Positions 16,230-20,000 of a stretch of 20,000 nt of DNA are shown piece by piece. The translations under genes were made by a program, and so were the position numbers. Under the pieces are notes generated by a model that saw only the letters and a list, made by a program, of their open reading frames with translations, searched no databases and was not told the origin of the DNA. The first letter of the stretch is position 1; every line of letters starts with the position of its first letter. Origin of the DNA: an uncultured virus (IMG/VR IMGVR_UViG_3300035698_005065) (lineage: Duplodnaviria > Heunggongvirae > Uroviricota > Caudoviricetes); the IMG/VR virus record IMGVR_UViG_3300035698_005065; one strand, given 5' to 3'.

Positions 16230-16815
16230 CGAATGGCGATCCGAGGCGTATAAAAACTTCACGGACGTCCTCCACGACACATGCATCCCGGGATTCTCCT
16301 ACCGCATTAGAGGCGCGCCTACGCGTCGCGCTGCCGTTTCTCAAGAACTCGTGAGGGCGCTTCAGGCCGGCCAGACTCCTGATATTGGTGATGCCCGCGC
16401 GTTGGGGCACGACCGATACGCTCTGCCGGGTAAGATTGTCTTGCGCATCGCCGGCCCGCTTGTGGTCGACGTAAAAAAAACGGGAACGTCGGTCCCAGTG
16501 TCTCTCCCTATCGGTAAGATGCTCGCCGAGCAGCGCCGCGAGATGTTGCTCGCGATCATCGACGCCGGTAGTAGCGTCAGGTCTCGTATCAGCCCACGAG
16601 GCACCGAGCTGCACTATCAACGGGACATCCGCGTCGTCCGGAGGTTCGCTTGGCTTCCCGTGACCGCAAAGGATCAGAGCGGCACCCCGCGACGCCTGTG
16701 GTTTCGATCTTACTACCAAGAGCAGACCTATGACGAAGGCCTATCATGCGGAGTCATCAACGAGTTCATCGAAGGTCGCTGGTATGAAACTAAAAGCAAA
16801 TTCTACATCAAATGA
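16219..16815 (+). CDS. hypothetical protein
   Basis: 198 aa ORF; C-terminal RRFAWLPV..RLW motif seen in small phage proteins. Confidence 0.7.
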   Translation: MRINEWRSEAYKNFTDVLHDTCIPGFSYRIRGAPTRRAAVSQELVRALQAGQTPDIGDARALGHDRYALPGKIVLRIAGPLVVDVKKTGTSVPVSLPIGKMLAEQRREMLLAIIDAGSSVRSRISPRGTELHYQRDIRVVRRFAWLPVTAKDQSGTPRRLWFRSYYQEQTYDEGLSCGVINEFIEGRWYETKSKFYIK

Positions 16816-17390
16816 CACCACTTACTATCAGCATTCTCCTTGTTCTAGTATTGCTGGACCTGACGATGCATGCTTTACTTCACGCCCGTTACTTGACGCG
16901 CGATAACCTCAGCGACCGCCGTCAAAAGGAAGAAATTCTTCAAGCCCAACGGCGGTATCGCAAGGCAGCAGAAGCGCGGTGCACGGATGTAATAAGAGTT
17001 CTCGCGCTTTACCAGGTTAACACTACCGCGGCCTTATGGGCTGCTGACTACGTGTCGCGTGACCAGGCACATGATGACCCGGGTGTTGAGGAGTCACTGC
17101 GCCGGGCGGTGGAGGGTGCACGTGTGTCTGATTCCCTGCGCGCACTTGACGACGCGCCTGTGAAGGAGTCCGCCGTCACGCTGTTCAACCGACACCTCAG
17201 GTCGTTCACCTCAGCGTTTGCTGACGTGTATGTAACAGACCTGCGGCCCGACGGGACCGGCACTCTGTGCATCATTGACACCGATGAGGGAGTTGCCCGC
17301 CCCACGTATCACGAATTCGATAACTTACTAGAGGTCGTGTTTAAGTTAAAAAAATCAAAAGAGGATTATGAAATACCTACCAGCGATTGA
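16812..17390 (+). CDS. hypothetical protein with N-terminal membrane anchor
   Basis: ATGA coupled; hydrophobic LTISILLVLVLLDL N-terminus. Confidence 0.72.
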   Translation: MTPLTISILLVLVLLDLTMHALLHARYLTRDNLSDRRQKEEILQAQRRYRKAAEARCTDVIRVLALYQVNTTAALWAADYVSRDQAHDDPGVEESLRRAVEGARVSDSLRALDDAPVKESAVTLFNRHLRSFTSAFADVYVTDLRPDGTGTLCIIDTDEGVARPTYHEFDNLLEVVFKLKKSKEDYEIPTSD

Positions 17391-17679
17391 CCTATGGATG
17401 CCCGGCATCTCCGCGGCGATACTCAGTAACCAGCTTCGCTTACAAGTGGGGCAGTGGGTATACTGCGGGAGCGACAAGCCCTCACGGTATGTGAAGCACA
17501 CAGGGCGGCCCATATGGGCCGCCCACCCTGAGGGGGTAAAAGGGACCAAGGAATCCTTCAAGAGCCTCCTGAGGGCGTCCAGGGGATCAAATCAACCAAC
17601 CATCAAACCAATGAAGATATCCGAAAACTACAAGGCGCTCACTGAGTGTGAAAACAAGAACATCACGCGCCATGAGTAA
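17368..17679 (+). CDS. hypothetical protein
   Basis: 103 aa ORF with GAGG upstream; internal AACC leader and in-frame ATG at 17611. Confidence 0.65.
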   Translation: MKYLPAIDLWMPGISAAILSNQLRLQVGQWVYCGSDKPSRYVKHTGRPIWAAHPEGVKGTKESFKSLLRASRGSNQPTIKPMKISENYKALTECENKNITRHE

Positions 17680-17971
17680 AGAGGCAGGAATGGCGGCCGT
17701 GCAGCATAGCGAAATCAGTTACTACGTGGACAGCCGGCACGTAACGACGTCGCCGCGCGTCATGGCTCGCGCGTTGATAAATAAGCTGCGGAGTAAAAAG
17801 GCCCAGCGCGCGTCTCGCCGCTACATCATCGCCGCCGTTTTCAACCGTTGGGCGCGTAACATGTGGGAATACAAATACGTCATGGGGTCAGTTCCTAGGA
17901 GTTACCCCAGTTACGTCGCTCGTTACTTGTGGGACGACAATAAGAAGGAGGTCGTGATCCGAGAACCTTAG
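17672..17971 (+). CDS. hypothetical basic protein
   Basis: In-frame ATG 17672 (MSKEAG) overlapping the previous stop. Confidence 0.65.
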   Translation: MSKEAGMAAVQHSEISYYVDSRHVTTSPRVMARALINKLRSKKAQRASRRYIIAAVFNRWARNMWEYKYVMGSVPRSYPSYVARYLWDDNKKEVVIREP

Positions 17972-18047
17972 AGGAGACATCGTGAGCGGCTACTACGACA
18001 GACGCTACATGCATACGCAGGAACATGAACCGCTAAAAAGTTAGCAC

Positions 18048-18075
18048 AACCAACCAACCAACCAACCAACCAACC
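18048..18075 (+). repeat. (AACC)7 microsatellite at the head of array D
   Basis: Seven perfect AACC units read directly. Confidence 0.95.
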
Positions 18076-18086
18076 AAAACCAAGCC

Positions 18087-18530
18087 ATGATACTAGAACA
18101 ATCCGGGACACTAGCGCCCGCCAATGAACCGTGGACTCTTATCCGCGATGCGATCCACGACATCGAACTTCAAGAGAAGCAGGAGGGCGTCGATGTCGCT
18201 ATGGACCAGTGGCACTTCCCACTCGACGGCGTGTGTTATCAATGTCTCGCCGGGTCTGTCATGTCGCGGCGTCTCGGCGCTGATACGGATGACCACAAGT
18301 CCCCAATCAACTTCCCCGACGACGTAGAGGCCAGGATCCGCGCGCTGAACTTACTCCGCGGCGGGGCGATTGGCATCGCCTACCGCGAGCTGAAACTAGA
18401 ACTCCCCGCTTCGCTTCCTTATAGCGTTCCTATCCCGGACTACGAAAACGGCCCCTCCGCCTTCAAGGCATCCATGCTAAAACTCGCTGACCGATTAGAG
18501 GCGGCACAACCAAAACCAACCAAGCCATGA
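18087..18530 (+). CDS. WH-CxQC paralog family, copy 15
   Basis: Family motifs. Confidence 0.9.
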   Translation: MILEQSGTLAPANEPWTLIRDAIHDIELQEKQEGVDVAMDQWHFPLDGVCYQCLAGSVMSRRLGADTDDHKSPINFPDDVEARIRALNLLRGGAIGIAYRELKLELPASLPYSVPIPDYENGPSAFKASMLKLADRLEAAQPKPTKP

Positions 18531-18970
18531 AATTGAAACAATCAGGGACAATAGCTCCCGCCAATGAACCGTGGACCTTGATCCGCGACGCGATCCACGA
18601 CCTCGAACTCCAAGAGAAGCAGGAGGGCGTCGAGATCGATATGACCGCGTGGCACGATCAACGCGACGGCTCGTGCCAACAATGTCTCGCCGGGTCCGTC
18701 ATGTCCCGGCGTCTCGGCACTGATACGGATGACAAAAAGTTCCCAGACAGCTTCCCCAGGGACGTAGAGGCCAGGCTCTACGCGCTGGAATATTTCCGGC
18801 TCGGGGAGGTTGACGAAGCCTACGAGTATCTGGGGCTAGAGCACCCCGCTTCTCTTACTGCGCGCATACCTATCCCGGGCTACCACCGCGGCCCCTCCGC
18901 CTTCAAGGCAGCCATGCGCAAACTCGCTGACCGATTAGAGGCGGCACAATCAAAACCAACCAAACCATGA
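18527..18970 (+). CDS. WH-CxQC paralog family, copy 16
   Basis: Family motifs, ATGA coupling. Confidence 0.9.
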   Translation: MKLKQSGTIAPANEPWTLIRDAIHDLELQEKQEGVEIDMTAWHDQRDGSCQQCLAGSVMSRRLGTDTDDKKFPDSFPRDVEARLYALEYFRLGEVDEAYEYLGLEHPASLTARIPIPGYHRGPSAFKAAMRKLADRLEAAQSKPTKP

Positions 18971-19410
18971 TATTAGAACAATCCGGGACACTCGCGCCCG
19001 CCAACGAACCGTGGACCTTGATCCGCGACGCCATCCACGACCTAGAGCTCCAAGAGAAACAGGAGGGTGTTAGGATCGATATGGGTATTTGGCACGCCCG
19101 CGGCGGCGTCACGTGTCATCAATGCCTCGCCGGGTCTGTCATGTCCCGGCGTCTCGGCGCTGATACTGATGATCATGCGTCCCCAGACAACTTCCCCAGA
19201 GACGTGAGAGCCAGGCTCCGCGCGCTGAACTCACTCCGCGGCGGGGCGATTGGCATCGCCTACGATTATCTGAGGCTAAAGCGCCCCGCTTCGCTTCCCG
19301 ATCACGTGCCTATCCCGCGCTACCGCTTCGGCCCAGACGCCTTCAAGGCAGCCATGCTAAAACTCGCCGACCGACTCGAGTCAGCGCAACCAAAACCAAC
19401 CAAACCATGA
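18967..19410 (+). CDS. WH-CxQC paralog family, copy 17
   Basis: Family motifs, ATGA coupling. Confidence 0.9.
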   Translation: MILEQSGTLAPANEPWTLIRDAIHDLELQEKQEGVRIDMGIWHARGGVTCHQCLAGSVMSRRLGADTDDHASPDNFPRDVRARLRALNSLRGGAIGIAYDYLRLKRPASLPDHVPIPRYRFGPDAFKAAMLKLADRLESAQPKPTKP

Positions 19411-19853
19411 TATTAGAACAATCCGGGACACTCGCGCCCGCTAATGAACCGTGGACCTTGATCCGCGACGCCATCCACGACATCGAACTCCAAGAGAAAC
19501 AGGAGGGCGTTACGGTCGAGATGGACAGCTGGCACGACCCATACGGCGGCAGCGCGTGTCATCAATGCCTCGCCGGGTCTGTCATGTCGCGGCGTCTCGG
19601 CGTTGATACTGGCGCCGTCGCGTTCCCAGACGACTACCACATAGACGTAGAGGCCAGACTCTGCGCGCTGGACGATTTCCGGCGCGGGGGTATTCACGTT
19701 GCCTACCGCAGGCTGAAACTAGAGTTCCCCGGCACACTTCCTGCGCGCGTGCCTATCCCGGAATACGAAGACGATCCATCCGCCTTCAAGTTAGCCATGC
19801 TCGCACTCGCCGACCGACTCGAGTCAGCGCAACCAAAACCAACCAAGCCATGA
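19407..19853 (+). CDS. WH-CxQC paralog family, copy 18
   Basis: Family motifs, ATGA coupling. Confidence 0.9.
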   Translation: MILEQSGTLAPANEPWTLIRDAIHDIELQEKQEGVTVEMDSWHDPYGGSACHQCLAGSVMSRRLGVDTGAVAFPDDYHIDVEARLCALDDFRRGGIHVAYRRLKLEFPGTLPARVPIPEYEDDPSAFKLAMLALADRLESAQPKPTKP

Positions 19854-20000
19854 TACTAGAACAATCCGGGACACTCGCGCCCGCCAACGAACCGTGGACC
19901 TTGATCCGCGACGCCATCCATGACCTCGAACTCCAAGAGAAGCAGGAGGGCGTTAGGATCGATATGAACGAGTGGCACGACCCAATTAGAGGCGGCGGTG
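19850..20000 (+). CDS. WH-CxQC paralog family, copy 19 (partial, cut by window end)
   Basis: MILEQSGTLAPANEPWTLIRDAIHDLELQEKQEGVRIDMNEWHDPIRGGG from ATG 19850. Confidence 0.88.
   Translation, partial: MILEQSGTLAPANEPWTLIRDAIHDLELQEKQEGVRIDMNEWHDPIRGGG

Larger units (their letters stand above)
18087..20000 (+). repeat. tandem paralog array D (copies 15-19, runs off the window)
   Basis: Same ~440 bp unit. Confidence 0.97.

Noticed and set aside
15532..16719. Overlapping alternative ORFs 15532-16035 (+) and 16192-16719 (-)
   Set aside because: Arg-rich off-frame or antisense translations of better supported genes
17975..18047. Collapsed remnant of a repeat unit (ATGAACCG, GCTAAAA, GTTAGCACAACC fragments)
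   Set aside because: Matches are only 7-12 nt and could be chance; only the final GCACAACC boundary is convincing
6190..19697. Recurrent minus-strand ORFs (e.g. 6190-6372, 6997-7191, 12845-13084, 18903-19112)
   Set aside because: Antisense shadows of the repeated + strand gene; starts and stops are inconsistent between copies
5726..20000. CRISPR array (conserved repeats alternating with variable segments)
   Set aside because: The unit is a ~440 bp intact coding gene; conserved blocks differ from one another within a unit; no cas genes
5726..20000. Integron cassette array or insertion sequences
   Set aside because: No attC-like palindromes, terminal inverted repeats, integrase or transposase seen; units overlap by ATGA with no spacer

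Overview
Most likely a segment of a large (jumbo/huge) bacteriophage genome. Genes are small, densely packed and all on the + strand, often coupled by ATGA stop/start overlaps and preceded by A/C-rich leaders that mostly lack a Shine-Dalgarno sequence. Recognisable genes: a DEDDh 3'-5' exonuclease, a stand-alone middle module of an RNA polymerase beta' subunit carrying the catalytic DFDGD motif, a CAT-anticodon tRNA with a terminator, a SLOG (DUF2493/YspA-like) protein and several mobile-element DUF-like proteins (assigned from remembered motifs, not searched). The dominant feature is a family of 19 paralogous ~145-150 aa genes (18 complete, 1 cut by the window end; about 8 kb, 40% of the window) in four head-to-tail arrays. 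Each copy has near-invariant framework segments (EPWTLIRDAI, WH...CxQCL, SRRLG, AFKxAMLxLADxLE) alternating with about four hypervariable segments. These variable segments are shared between distant copies in patchwork fashion, several hypervariable codons are restricted to NNC, and units are joined by AACC-repeat linkers. The RNAP beta' gene and a tRNA block sit between the arrays. This looks like an undescribed combinatorially diversifying gene repertoire, though repeat mis-assembly must be excluded.
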